A stretch of DNA of 64,000 nt, taken from a virus. Lineage: Duplodnaviria; Caudoviricetes. The translations under genes and the position numbers were made by a program. The notes under the pieces were generated by a model. It had not been told where the DNA came from. It did not search any database and saw nothing but the letters and a program-made list of their open reading frames with translations. The stretch spans positions 32,001 to 96,000 of the IMG/VR virus record IMGVR_UViG_3300011008_000004, one strand, 5' to 3'. Positions 42,893 to 52,961 of the stretch are shown piece by piece (the first letter of the stretch is position 1; each line of letters starts with the position of its first letter).

Positions 42893-43993
42893 TTAGAATG
42901 GATCATCCTTTATGTTATTAGCTTCTTCAGCTTCTACTAATTTCTTTCTTAATGTATCTTCATATAATTTCAATAATCTATCATCATAAGTATATTTAGA
43001 TTTTATATTTTCTAAATAATTGACATTATCTAAATTATACTCTTCTTCATATTTATAAAAGTGATTCATTATATTATCTACAAATAGAACTTTCATATCA
43101 AGTTCACAACAGCCTCTTTCATCAAACCATTGATCTTTCATAAAAACTCTATCTCTAATCTTATACAGCTTATAAGCATCTACTTCTCTATAGAATATAG
43201 GATAATACTCTGATTTGCCATATTTTCCTTCTACATTATTGAAGTTTATAAACCAACTTTTATTTTTAACAATTGCAGCAGCAATATCTGACATAAATCT
43301 TAAATTTCTAATATACTTATCGTAGTCGTTTAAGTCTATTTCACAATCTCTAAATTCATGATAATCAAATAATGTATCAAAACCTTCTTTATACATTTTC
43401 TTATATCTTTCTAAGAAAGTTGCATTTGTATCATCTTTCTTCTTATACAAAGAAGCTTTTTTAATATTTATAATTCCTAATCTATAAATTGGAATGTCCG
43501 GATAGTTTGTTTTTAATTGAAAAATATATCTATAAATTTGATCTATATAACCCTTCCAATCAGGTGTTTGAGAAGATGTTTTATAATCCATCAATACCCA
43601 ACCTTTATCAGTTTTGCATAATAAGTCTAATATGCCTACAAAATCGTGTTTCTCATAAGGATCAGAAGGTAATTCACTTTCTAAAAATAATTCATGATTT
43701 TCTTCTAAAACAGTACAGCCTTCTAAAACCTTAGCCATTATTTTATCTTTATGTAATTGATAGCCATAAGCCATAGCCGTAGCCATTATTTCCTGTTGTG
43801 TAAGCTCTTCTATAGACTTTTTATTAAAATATTCTAATAAGTCATCGGTACTATGTTCTATACTATAATGAACAGCTGAACCTACTGCGAATGCTGCTTT
43901 TTCTTCTTTAGGTTGAATTCCTTCTATCGCTGATAAGTAATATTCAGCTGGATTATTTATAATGTTTTGTAACTTAGAATGACTTAATTTCAT
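42893..43993 (-). CDS. PD-(D/E)xK superfamily exonuclease
   Basis: LSHS, GSAVH, GILDL, DYKT, Q..RY. Confidence 0.8.
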   Translation of the reverse strand: MKLSHSKLQNIINNPAEYYLSAIEGIQPKEEKAAFAVGSAVHYSIEHSTDDLLEYFNKKSIEELTQQEIMATAMAYGYQLHKDKIMAKVLEGCTVLEENHELFLESELPSDPYEKHDFVGILDLLCKTDKGWVLMDYKTSSQTPDWKGYIDQIYRYIFQLKTNYPDIPIYRLGIINIKKASLYKKKDDTNATFLERYKKMYKEGFDTLFDYHEFRDCEIDLNDYDKYIRNLRFMSDIAAAIVKNKSWFINFNNVEGKYGKSEYYPIFYREVDAYKLYKIRDRVFMKDQWFDERGCCELDMKVLFVDNIMNHFYKYEEEYNLDNVNYLENIKSKYTYDDRLLKLYEDTLRKKLVEAEEANNIKDDPF

Positions 43994-44080
43994 TTAATAT
44001 TTCCTCAATATAATTATACACAATTAGCCTAATAAAAAGATACTCGTAAGTATAATTCTTACGAGTATATTCACAAAAAA

Positions 44081-45181
44081 TTAATTCATTTTTCTTAAGT
44101 AATCACATATAAAATTATGTATATCACCATTCATAACTGCTTGAATATCGCTAGTCTCAAATCCTGTTCTATGATCTTTCACTAGTGTGTAAGGACAGAA
44201 AACATATGATCTTATTTGACTGCCCCATTCAATTTTCTTTATAGGACCTTTTAAATTTTGAACTTCTTGTAATCGTTCTTCCTCTTTCCTTTCTGCTAGT
44301 AAATTTCTAAGCATACACATTGCTTTTTCTTTATTTTGCAACTGACTTCTTTCTTCCTGACATTCAGTCACTATGCCTGTAGGTTTGTGTAAAATTCTAA
44401 CTTTACTTTCAGTTTTATTTACGTTCTGTCCACCAGCTCCAGATGATCTACAAGTTGTAATTTCTATATCTTCTGGCCTTATAATCATATCACTATCATC
44501 TTCAAGTTCAGGCATAACATCTACTGAAGCAAATGACGTGTGTCTTCTTCCACCAGCATCAAATGGAGATATTCTAACTAATCTATGAATACCCTTTTCA
44601 GCTTTTAAATAGCCATAAGCATTTGTGCCTATAATTCTAAATGATACAGATTTTAGTCCTGCAACTCCATCAGCTAGTCTATCTATTTCTTCTAGTTTAA
44701 AATCTTGTTTTTGACAGTAGCACATATACATTCTATAAAGCATCTCAGTCCAATCACAAGCCTCTGTACCACCTTCTCCTGAATGTAATGTTACTATAGC
44801 ATTTAAGCTGTCATACTTGCCATTTAATAGTGTCTCTAAATGCAATGTATCTACTGCTTTTTCTGACTCTTCAAGCATCTTAGTTATTTCACTTATTATA
44901 TCATCATCTTCAACAATCTCTAGCATTTGAAGTAAATCTATGACCTCAAATAAGGTCTTATGAATACTTTCATAACGATCTACAAGACTTTTTAAATTTG
45001 ATAACTTCTTAGAAATTTCAACTGACTTGGAAGCATCAGACCATACTGCCGGACTTTCTAATCGTTGACAGTACAATTCTATATTATGACGCATATTATT
45101 AAGCTTTTCTTCACTAATAGAGCTATTTAATAAGTCTATAGCCTCATTAGCTCTTTGCTTTAATTCATCAGTTACTAACAT
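44081..45181 (-). CDS. prfB: Peptide chain release factor 2
   Basis: SPF specificity motif ([10 protein letters not shown]), [11 protein letters not shown]; continuous ORF. Confidence 0.96.
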   Translation of the reverse strand: MLVTDELKQRANEAIDLLNSSISEEKLNNMRHNIELYCQRLESPAVWSDASKSVEISKKLSNLKSLVDRYESIHKTLFEVIDLLQMLEIVEDDDIISEITKMLEESEKAVDTLHLETLLNGKYDSLNAIVTLHSGEGGTEACDWTEMLYRMYMCYCQKQDFKLEEIDRLADGVAGLKSVSFRIIGTNAYGYLKAEKGIHRLVRISPFDAGGRRHTSFASVDVMPELEDDSDMIIRPEDIEITTCRSSGAGGQNVNKTESKVRILHKPTGIVTECQEERSQLQNKEKAMCMLRNLLAERKEEERLQEVQNLKGPIKKIEWGSQIRSYVFCPYTLVKDHRTGFETSDIQAVMNGDIHNFICDYLRKMN

Positions 45182-45317
45182 AAACTCTTGAAATAATTCT
45201 CCAAATCAGTTACATAGAGATATAAACATCTTTTAGTCTCATCTTCATACAGTTCTTGTGTATGTTCATCAAGAAATTCTTTTAATTCTTTTAATTCTTC
45301 TAAATATTCTTCAGGAC

Positions 45318-45836
45318 TCATTGTAAACCTCCACGCATTAATACTTTCTTAGTATTTTCAAATGACTTTCTACTAACTAACGCGTCTAACGTATGTTCTA
45401 GTAAACTCACAATGTTAGCATTGGATATATTATGTTTATCATATCTTATACTTAATGAAGCACAAATGTCATTAGGTTCATGATCAGATAATCTAATTTT
45501 AACTTCTTTATCGAATGAATCTAAATGAAACTTGAAATAAATAGAGCCACCGTAACTCTCTTCTTCAGTGAATTCAATATGTTTCTTATTAAAGTAGTTT
45601 CTAATTATATTAGCAAACTTCTTTTTCTTATACATATTTTCAACTGTTTTCTTAGATTCTTGTAAAAAAGCTTTGTCAAAACTTAAATATCTAAATTCAC
45701 CTGATTCTAAAGCATCAGCTTCATTCTTCTGTAATTCTCTTATTACTTCTAAATCGTCATGTTTAAATGGTGCAATTCTTATAACGCTCTTTCTAGTTCT
45801 TGGGTCTATAAATAATTCATATACTTGCTTTTTCAT
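45318..45836 (-). CDS. Hypothetical protein
   Basis: ORF track; S.GGSIY...IRLSDH motif. Confidence 0.6.
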   Translation of the reverse strand: MKKQVYELFIDPRTRKSVIRIAPFKHDDLEVIRELQKNEADALESGEFRYLSFDKAFLQESKKTVENMYKKKKFANIIRNYFNKKHIEFTEEESYGGSIYFKFHLDSFDKEVKIRLSDHEPNDICASLSIRYDKHNISNANIVSLLEHTLDALVSRKSFENTKKVLMRGGLQ

Positions 45837-47758
45837 AGTAAACCTCTGAACTCTTCTTCAGTCATAACTCTTACACCTAATTCTTTTGCTTTCTTATTCT
45901 TAGAACTTCCTGAATTAGGGTCATTAGTTATAAGACACTCTGCTTTCTTAATATTATCAGTTATCCCGTATCCATTATCTGCCAAAAACTTTTCAAATTC
46001 TTTTCTAGATATAGACAAACTTCCAGTTATTGCAACAAACTTTTCTATAACATTTGTTATAGCAAACTTATTAAAACTAAAATTAAATATTCTAGATAAA
46101 TTGCAGATTAAGTTATTAGCAACTACTTCTGTAAGTTTAGAATATATTAAACTAGATGTATTAATCTTATCTATTTTATTATAACTTTTAGCATAATCTT
46201 CATATAATTCATCAAATAATTTAGAATTAACGATGTCTGCTGCAATAGTTTTACCAACACCTGGAATATTTAAAGCTTCTAAGAATGTTTGTTTATCCCA
46301 AAGATTATTCATTACACCATACACACTGGTAAGTAATTTAATCATCATTGGTTTTTCACCTTCTAAAATATCTTCTAATCTAGTTTCAGTGAAAAATAAA
46401 TAAACAATATACTCATTTAAGTTCCCATAATTATCTAAAACTTTGTCTAGTATATGTTCAATAATAGCGGGTCCTATACCTTTTATGTCTCTGCACATAA
46501 TTTCAATAAATCTATATGCATTCATATATTTAGTACCATTGCATTCAGGATTGTTACAAATTAAACTTACGCCTGTTTCTGTTACATTTAAAGGTTCTCC
46601 ACAAATAGGACATACTTTAGGTATAATCATATTATCTGATTCTTTGACAATATGATCTATATAAGGAATAACTTCACCACTTCTAAGGACATTTATGATA
46701 GCACCAGGACCAATTTTATTGTCATTTATAAACTTATAATTAAAACCAGATACATTCTTTACAATAGCACCTGATAACTCTACAGGTTCTATGTTTACTA
46801 CTGGAATCATTTTTCCAGTTCTAGATAATTCCCAACTCACATTAGTTACAGTAGCATCTTTAGATTCTGCTTTAAACTTATAAGCAATTTCATCGTACTC
46901 TATAGACGTACTAGAATTTATATAACATATATTCTTTGTAAATACTAAACCATCTGTAGGATACTTAGAGAAACTTTCTAACGCGTAAATTTCTGCTAGT
47001 CTTTCATCAGTTACTAGTCTCATATTGCAACTAATATTGCTTACTACTTCAAAACCCCAAACAGCTAGTTGATCTCTTATTTCACCTATAGTATATGCGC
47101 CATCATCAACTGATTCATCTGCTAGTATTTTATATGTTACAAAGTTTATATATTGACAATCTTCTTCAAAGTTATCTTTTCTATTAAGAACACCTGTTGA
47201 TACGTTTCTAGCCATTTTAGCTTCAGGATGCAATTCTTTATATTTATTAAAATTATCTTTTGACATAACAACTTCGCCACGAATCGCCCCAGTAAAAGGA
47301 ATGTTATGAATAGATAACTTATCTTTTAAATTATCACAAATTAAAACTGCTTTACTAGATACATCTAAACCTGTGGCGCCATCACCTCTAGTTAAAGCTC
47401 TTTCAAATTCCCCATTTACATAATAAAGAACCATCGTAGAACCATCTAGCTTAGACGATATACTATAATTAGAATCTTCTCCGTAATTAGTAAATTCTGA
47501 CATTGCATGAATCTTTTCTAAGCTTCCAACTTTTTCATATTTATGTTGAAATTTCTGTAAATCAGATTCATTTACATTAAAACCTTTAGCAGGTTGTCTT
47601 AAATATTTTGATCTTGGATATCTAGCCTTAAAATCATCATATAATTCGTCAAATCTTGCATCTGATACTATAGGACTTCCACTATAATATGCTTGAGACA
47701 TATGAGATATAACTGACCAAAATGATTTTTCATTAGATCTAAAATCTTCTATAAACAT
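45833..47758 (-). CDS. ligA: NAD-dependent DNA ligase
   Basis: KLDG, LTRGDG, RGE, DGLV, AYKF, RSGEVIP, C4 Zn finger, BRCT domain. Confidence 0.95.
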   Translation of the reverse strand: MFIEDFRSNEKSFWSVISHMSQAYYSGSPIVSDARFDELYDDFKARYPRSKYLRQPAKGFNVNESDLQKFQHKYEKVGSLEKIHAMSEFTNYGEDSNYSISSKLDGSTMVLYYVNGEFERALTRGDGATGLDVSSKAVLICDNLKDKLSIHNIPFTGAIRGEVVMSKDNFNKYKELHPEAKMARNVSTGVLNRKDNFEEDCQYINFVTYKILADESVDDGAYTIGEIRDQLAVWGFEVVSNISCNMRLVTDERLAEIYALESFSKYPTDGLVFTKNICYINSSTSIEYDEIAYKFKAESKDATVTNVSWELSRTGKMIPVVNIEPVELSGAIVKNVSGFNYKFINDNKIGPGAIINVLRSGEVIPYIDHIVKESDNMIIPKVCPICGEPLNVTETGVSLICNNPECNGTKYMNAYRFIEIMCRDIKGIGPAIIEHILDKVLDNYGNLNEYIVYLFFTETRLEDILEGEKPMMIKLLTSVYGVMNNLWDKQTFLEALNIPGVGKTIAADIVNSKLFDELYEDYAKSYNKIDKINTSSLIYSKLTEVVANNLICNLSRIFNFSFNKFAITNVIEKFVAITGSLSISRKEFEKFLADNGYGITDNIKKAECLITNDPNSGSSKNKKAKELGVRVMTEEEFRGLL

Positions 47759-47789
47759 TACATAACCTCTCTTTATATTTCTTTATATT

Positions 47790-47818
47790 ATTATACATTA
47801 TAAAAAGAAAATAGTCAA
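47790..47818 (-). promoter_or_regulatory. Sigma70-type promoter
   Basis: TTGACT-17-TATAAT after a terminator hairpin. Confidence 0.8.
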
Positions 47819-47890
47819 CTATTTTTAGCAAAATAAAAGCACTGAGATATCATTATCCCAGTGCTAAATAACTTAGTAATAACGTTTATA

Positions 47891-48631
47891 TTATATATAC
47901 GAATATACTACACCACAACCATGCGTATCATTAGCTGTATAACTTAAGCCATAATCATGATAATATAATACACCACTACCATCATGTAAACTACTAATTA
48001 AATCTAATGTAAAACCAGATATAGTTTCTCCCGGTGTATCCTCTGTTTCATTATTTACATCGTTATTTATCTTATAATTGACTCTAACCCTATCAGTGTT
48101 ATTAAAAATCCAAATAGCAAATTTTGGATTAGAGCTATCTAAAATTCCTAAATCATAGGTTTTAGTAGAACCGTTATAGGAAATATCTAACTTCAAATGC
48201 CAATTTTCAGTTCTTAACCAAATATTAGTTTTACCTGTATGAGATGTGCTTTCATCAGAACTAAAACAAATCACATTACCAGTAGAACGCAATATACTGT
48301 TTCCTGCGCTAAAATAAATAGCTTCAGGAACCACGCCCGCTGAAATATAACTAGAATGACTACTAGCACTAACTGGAAATGACATATTTATTTTAACCAT
48401 AGCTGGATTTAGTTTATTACTAGTATTATATATAGGGTAATTTGGATCCCAATCTTTATTTCCATAATAAGGCCCGCCATAGTAATAATACAACCTATTA
48501 TTATTTAATGCTTTACTAGAATCCATAATAGCTGTATGCTTACGACCGATGATATTATGGTTGTCGTCTATTGCGTAAATATCATGAACCTTTTTGTTAT
48601 TTTGCGTTATATAGTGGGTTATTTTAGACAT
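47891..48631 (-). CDS. Hypothetical beta-rich protein (likely virion/tail associated)
   Basis: ORF track; S/T/N/Y-rich; follows the adhesin-like gene. Confidence 0.55.
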   Translation of the reverse strand: MSKITHYITQNNKKVHDIYAIDDNHNIIGRKHTAIMDSSKALNNNRLYYYYGGPYYGNKDWDPNYPIYNTSNKLNPAMVKINMSFPVSASSHSSYISAGVVPEAIYFSAGNSILRSTGNVICFSSDESTSHTGKTNIWLRTENWHLKLDISYNGSTKTYDLGILDSSNPKFAIWIFNNTDRVRVNYKINNDVNNETEDTPGETISGFTLDLISSLHDGSGVLYYHDYGLSYTANDTHGCGVVYSYI

Positions 48632-48646
48632 ACTTTATCCCCATTA

Positions 48647-50062
48647 TCAATTAAAAACTATGCCTTCTATATTAGAAGCAGTATTAGCATGATTCACATT
48701 ATTAATGGTAAAATATATAGGTTTATCATTGATACTACCAGCAACCGTAGCATTAGTAGCTACTAAAGTAGCAGTATTATCCCCTTTTCTCCAAACATCT
48801 GTGTCATCTACAGGGGCTACGTTCACTTTTAAATTCCCAGTCATAGTGCTACCTGATTTATAGACAAAATAAGTACCTACAAAATTATTTACCCAAGTTT
48901 CAAGATATTTTCTATTTACTACGCCTTCATCATCTTTAGGGGCCGACATTACTCTAGCTGAGCCATCTTCATAAACTTCAAATGCATTACTTTGTACACT
49001 TCCAGCTTGAAGGCCGTTACCTACAATAAAATACGCGCTATTATTTTCTTTATTACTAATGCCAATTACTGTTTGATATGGCCTTGTGGCTTTTAAGTTA
49101 TTACCGAAAGCAAAAGACGCGAATTGAGACGCTGTGCACGCATTTCCACCAGCAAATGAACTCTCCCCGCTAGCTATGCATGCATAACCTTGCGCGTGTG
49201 AATGTTCTCCACTAGCTATAGTAGACATACCTTCTGCGTGAGCACCTCTTGCAGTTGCTTGAGTGCCATCACCTTCTGCGTGCGCCCAACAATTATCAAC
49301 GCTAGTCATATTAGGGTTTCCAACTATACAGTCACCGCCTGTAGCAAAAGCCCCACGTCCATATAACGTATTACCAGAACCTAACGCAACACTTCTTTCA
49401 CCGTTTACAGTATTACCTTTACCTAATGCCGCAGAATATCTATCATTGATAACATTGTTAACTCCTGCTATGAATGATGCCTTGCCTTCATTGTTATTGT
49501 TAACTCCTGATATGAATGATGTCTCGCCTTCATTATTATTGGACTTCCCATTTATAAATGAAGCCATACCATTATTGCTGTTACCAAAGCCACTAACTAA
49601 ACTCGCAACGCCTAAATTAGGATCCATAGCACTGCCATTTATGTTATTCGCGCCAAGAACCATACTTGAAATCCCGTAATTACCATTACTTACATTAGTA
49701 GTGATTCCTAAACCTGCAAGAATATATCTAGTAGAACCTTCTTGTGTTATAGGTCCATCAGCAATCTGCTCAGCCATTGCCTGTGTCATACCTTGTGATA
49801 CAAGGTATGCAACTACCACCGGACGAATATAAGCATTTAATTCTACATAAGAAGCTCCTTTCTACACAAGCGAACTAAGACCCACACCATTCTATAAATT
49901 ATCATTATTAGATGTAATAGACTCTAATAAATTTAACTATGTAGAACCATCACCTATATATAACTTATTCTCGGTCTTATCATAAAATGGCTAACCATCA
50001 AGTAAACGCAAGGTACTGCTTTTTCTTTTCTCTGAGGTACCTCTCATAATCTAAATTGACAT
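48647..50062 (-). CDS. Tail-fibre/adhesin with Mtd-N-like anchor and YadA-head-like repeats, 471 aa in code 15
   Basis: MSI(Q)IMRGT...DG(Q)PFYDKTENKLYIGDG extends the track ORF by 81 codons through 5 TAG; AHAEG and SxAxG 14-mer repeats. Confidence 0.85.
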
Positions 50063-50210
50063 AAATAAAAAACGCTCCTTTTTACTTGGAGCGCTTTAAT
50101 CTATGATAAAAATGTAAAAACTCCCTCCCACTCAACTATTTCTTAGGGTACTCTAAGTTTACTGAGGGGGGGGGACGCGTAGCTTCTACATTTCATCTAA
50201 CGCTCCAAAA
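50063..50210 (-). ncRNA. Structured leader RNA (long rod with alternative terminator)
   Basis: Nested complementary segments with G-U pairs on the minus strand; downstream of GCTAAATTA at 50227-50235. Confidence 0.65.
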
Positions 50211-50244
50211 ATTTTCAATTTATAAGTAATTTAGCCACCTAAAG

Positions 50245-50892
50245 TCACTTATTTTCTTCTAATTTTACTTCGCCTTTTTCAACTTTTTCATTGAACTTAA
50301 TTGCATCATATATTTGTTTTACATTACCGCCAGATTCTTCAATATCTTTTTGAACATCTTTTAAGGTGATATCTAAACTATCGCAATAAGCTTTAATTAC
50401 TTCAGCTCTTTCTTCATCGGTAGCTTTATCCCATTCATCATCAATCTCTAAACCAATATCAGATAATAGTAAACCATCTAAAACATTAACAAGTCTTTGC
50501 ATTACATATGCTGTTAAACCTGTCATCTTTTGAGTCATCCATTGACCTAAAGGCGTACAATATTGAACTTCAATATCAGTATTTCTTGGAATGATATATT
50601 TCTTACTCGGTAAACAAATATCTTCTTCTTTAGATATCGTTAAACCTGTTACTCTTGATATAAATGGGTTTATATAAGTTATAGGTTGTTTATCTCCAAA
50701 TTTAAGACAAATAATTCTATTTCTATAACCTATTTGTGGAGCAGCTAAAGCTGTTAACTTTTTAGCTTCCATAACTTCTTTAATCGCTAAAATTGTTTCA
50801 CGCATTTCAGCATTTTGTTTCTTTGGATTTATCTCATCACATCTATCTGAAAACTTATCGTAATCTTTTATAGCATTAAGAATCTTCTTCAT
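50245..50892 (-). CDS. Peptide deformylase-like protein with degenerate active site
   Basis: LAAPQIG and INP retained; EGCLS replaced by EDICLP; QHExxH replaced by QRLVNV. Confidence 0.75.
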   Translation of the reverse strand: MKKILNAIKDYDKFSDRCDEINPKKQNAEMRETILAIKEVMEAKKLTALAAPQIGYRNRIICLKFGDKQPITYINPFISRVTGLTISKEEDICLPSKKYIIPRNTDIEVQYCTPLGQWMTQKMTGLTAYVMQRLVNVLDGLLLSDIGLEIDDEWDKATDEERAEVIKAYCDSLDITLKDVQKDIEESGGNVKQIYDAIKFNEKVEKGEVKLEENK

Positions 50893-51178
50893 CTTTATTT
50901 TCCTTTTCTTTAGATTTTACATATAGCTTATATTCATCTTCAATCATATTAGCATCTATAGTAATCTCTACATCTTTATAATCATATGTTATCTTAGCTG
51001 AATCTAATGTCATTTGAGTTAGTTCATCTTTCTCTTCTGTCGCATCATTAGATTCTAGTTTTGAATACATTTTACCGAATTCATTACTATCAACTAAATC
51101 TATCTCATATAGATCATCTTCAACATATGAACCGGGTTTATCTATTTTTAATTCTTTTAAAACTTGTCCAATACTCAT
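50876..51178 (-). CDS. Acidic hypothetical protein
   Basis: ORF track. Confidence 0.6.
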   Translation of the reverse strand: MSIGQVLKELKIDKPGSYVEDDLYEIDLVDSNEFGKMYSKLESNDATEEKDELTQMTLDSAKITYDYKDVEITIDANMIEDEYKLYVKSKEKENKDEEDS

Positions 51179-51180
51179 AC

Positions 51181-51711
51181 TTACTTACCCGATGAACCAA
51201 AACCTGTTGCACCACGTTCTGTATTCATAACTTCATCGAATTTATCACCATAAAATTCTTTTGCATCTACAAATTCTGCTTTGAAAGTTAGTTCTAATTC
51301 TATAGAACAAGGTCTATCGCCTTTATTTATAGTTATTTCTTCATCAGTTATATTTTGAATTAACGCATTAATTTGGCCACGATAACCTCTATCAACCCAA
51401 GCTGAACCAACATTTATACCTTTTAAGAAATTTCCACTTCTAGATTCTGCTTTAATTCCAAATGGTTCTGGAATAATAACACCTATACCAAGAGGAACTT
51501 TAGCACCAGAATGTGCTGGAATCTTAACGGTTTCTAATGCATAAGCATCATAGCCACAATCACCTTCTTTTTTACGAGTTGGAAGTTGACTATTCTTTCC
51601 AAATGTTATATATGGAATCTTAACAACTGCTTCTTTATTATCAAACAAAGCATGATTTTCTAAATATGCTACTTTTTCTTCTAATGCTTTAATCTTTTTA
51701 TTAAAAAACAT
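51181..51711 (-). CDS. dut: dUTPase
   Basis: GYD, RSG, VDRGYRG, GDR, RGATGFGSSG. Confidence 0.92.
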   Translation of the reverse strand: MFFNKKIKALEEKVAYLENHALFDNKEAVVKIPYITFGKNSQLPTRKKEGDCGYDAYALETVKIPAHSGAKVPLGIGVIIPEPFGIKAESRSGNFLKGINVGSAWVDRGYRGQINALIQNITDEEITINKGDRPCSIELELTFKAEFVDAKEFYGDKFDEVMNTERGATGFGSSGK

Positions 51712-51792
51712 TTTATCACCTCAATATTCTATACAATTATATACAAAAATCGCTGACGATTATGTCAGCGATTTTAATTTAATTTTATTATT

Positions 51793-52503
51793 TTAGATTA
51801 TGCTATCAAGATTTTCAGCGCCTTCTCTATAACCATTGATAGTTTTTACAGCGCCGTCTGCGTCTGTATTAGCATCAGTATAAATGTCTGTAACCTTATC
51901 AATAGCTTTAGTTGCATCTTCACCTTTTTCTTTAGCTTTTTGTAACTTATTAGTAAGTCTTACAAGAGTTCTAAATTTAGACTTTGAACTAATTTTCTTT
52001 TCAACTGCCGCTTCAGTTAAAGGTCCTTTAATTTGATCAGCAATGTTACAAATATTTGCTTGATTTGCACACATAGGTTGAATGTACTGATCTACTTTTT
52101 GTAATCTCGCCGCATCTGCTTGAGCCCCATCGATAGTAATATGAATACCTTTAGCATCTAATGCTTGAAGATATGGTGTTAAAAAGTTAATATCACCAAC
52201 TTGAATACAATCTTGTATGATTTGATTAAATTTAATCATTATAGATGATACTCTATCAGGATATTCTACTGATTCATCACCTTTACCTCTTTCAAGAGGA
52301 TTACCATTAACCCAGCCACGACCATAGTAGTAACTATAATCTTTAAATCTTGTAATGACTTGCTTATCTAAAAGCAAATCTTTACTTGCTGCATCGGCTG
52401 TTTCATGCATGTATTTATATTCTGTTTTTTCATCTGTGTCAAGTTCAACAGCTTCAGCAATGAGTTCTTGTTGTTCTTCATTGAATAACTTTAATTCTTC
52501 CAT
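51793..52503 (-). CDS. Hypothetical protein
   Basis: ORF track; own TTGACT-17-TATAAT promoter (52534-52562) and terminator (about 51747-51775). Confidence 0.65.
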   Translation of the reverse strand: MEELKLFNEEQQELIAEAVELDTDEKTEYKYMHETADAASKDLLLDKQVITRFKDYSYYYGRGWVNGNPLERGKGDESVEYPDRVSSIMIKFNQIIQDCIQVGDINFLTPYLQALDAKGIHITIDGAQADAARLQKVDQYIQPMCANQANICNIADQIKGPLTEAAVEKKISSKSKFRTLVRLTNKLQKAKEKGEDATKAIDKVTDIYTDANTDADGAVKTINGYREGAENLDSII

Positions 52504-52569
52504 ATTTCACCTCAAATTTAATTTTATAGTTATATTATAAACCTATAAATTAAATAAGTCAACTAAATT

Positions 52570-52950
52570 TTAGTTATTTAATGTTAAATAATTTGGAATT
52601 TCTAAACTATCTATAAGATGTGTAGGATTATTATCATTCCAAAGAATACACATATAGTCAAATACGGTTATTTCAGCACCAAACTTTGTAAATACAGTTT
52701 TAGTAGTTCTAACCCAATCATTCAATTTTATAATTTCTTTTCTTTTTAATCTATCATTATACATGCTATGATCAAAATAAGAAGATTCATCTAAACGAAT
52801 ACAACCTTTTCTTTCGGTTTGCTTATCATAGAAATGAAAATGAGGTATAGGTCCTTCACCTCCATATATTGTAATCTCTATATTGTCTATAGATCCTACT
52901 CTTGCCATTTCCAATAACGTATGTTTACCACTAGTTAATTCAAAATCCAT
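52570..52950 (-). CDS. Hypothetical protein with PHFH motif
   Basis: EG.IPHFH. Confidence 0.55.
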   Translation of the reverse strand: MDFELTSGKHTLLEMARVGSIDNIEITIYGGEGPIPHFHFYDKQTERKGCIRLDESSYFDHSMYNDRLKRKEIIKLNDWVRTTKTVFTKFGAEITVFDYMCILWNDNNPTHLIDSLEIPNYLTLNN

Positions 52951-52961
52951 ATAATTATTCC

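Noticed and set aside
42893-43993. Cas4 / CRISPR system
   Set aside because: No repeat-spacer array or other cas genes seen, and no clear four-Cys cluster; a generic PD-(D/E)xK nuclease
49380-49600. Near-tandem 42-bp repeats
   Set aside because: Explained by the 14-aa beta-roll repeats of the adhesin; not a DGR or CRISPR repeat
50063-50210. tRNA (amber suppressor)
   Set aside because: No cloverleaf, T-loop or CCA pattern; pairing is rod-like. No tRNA was recognised anywhere in the window
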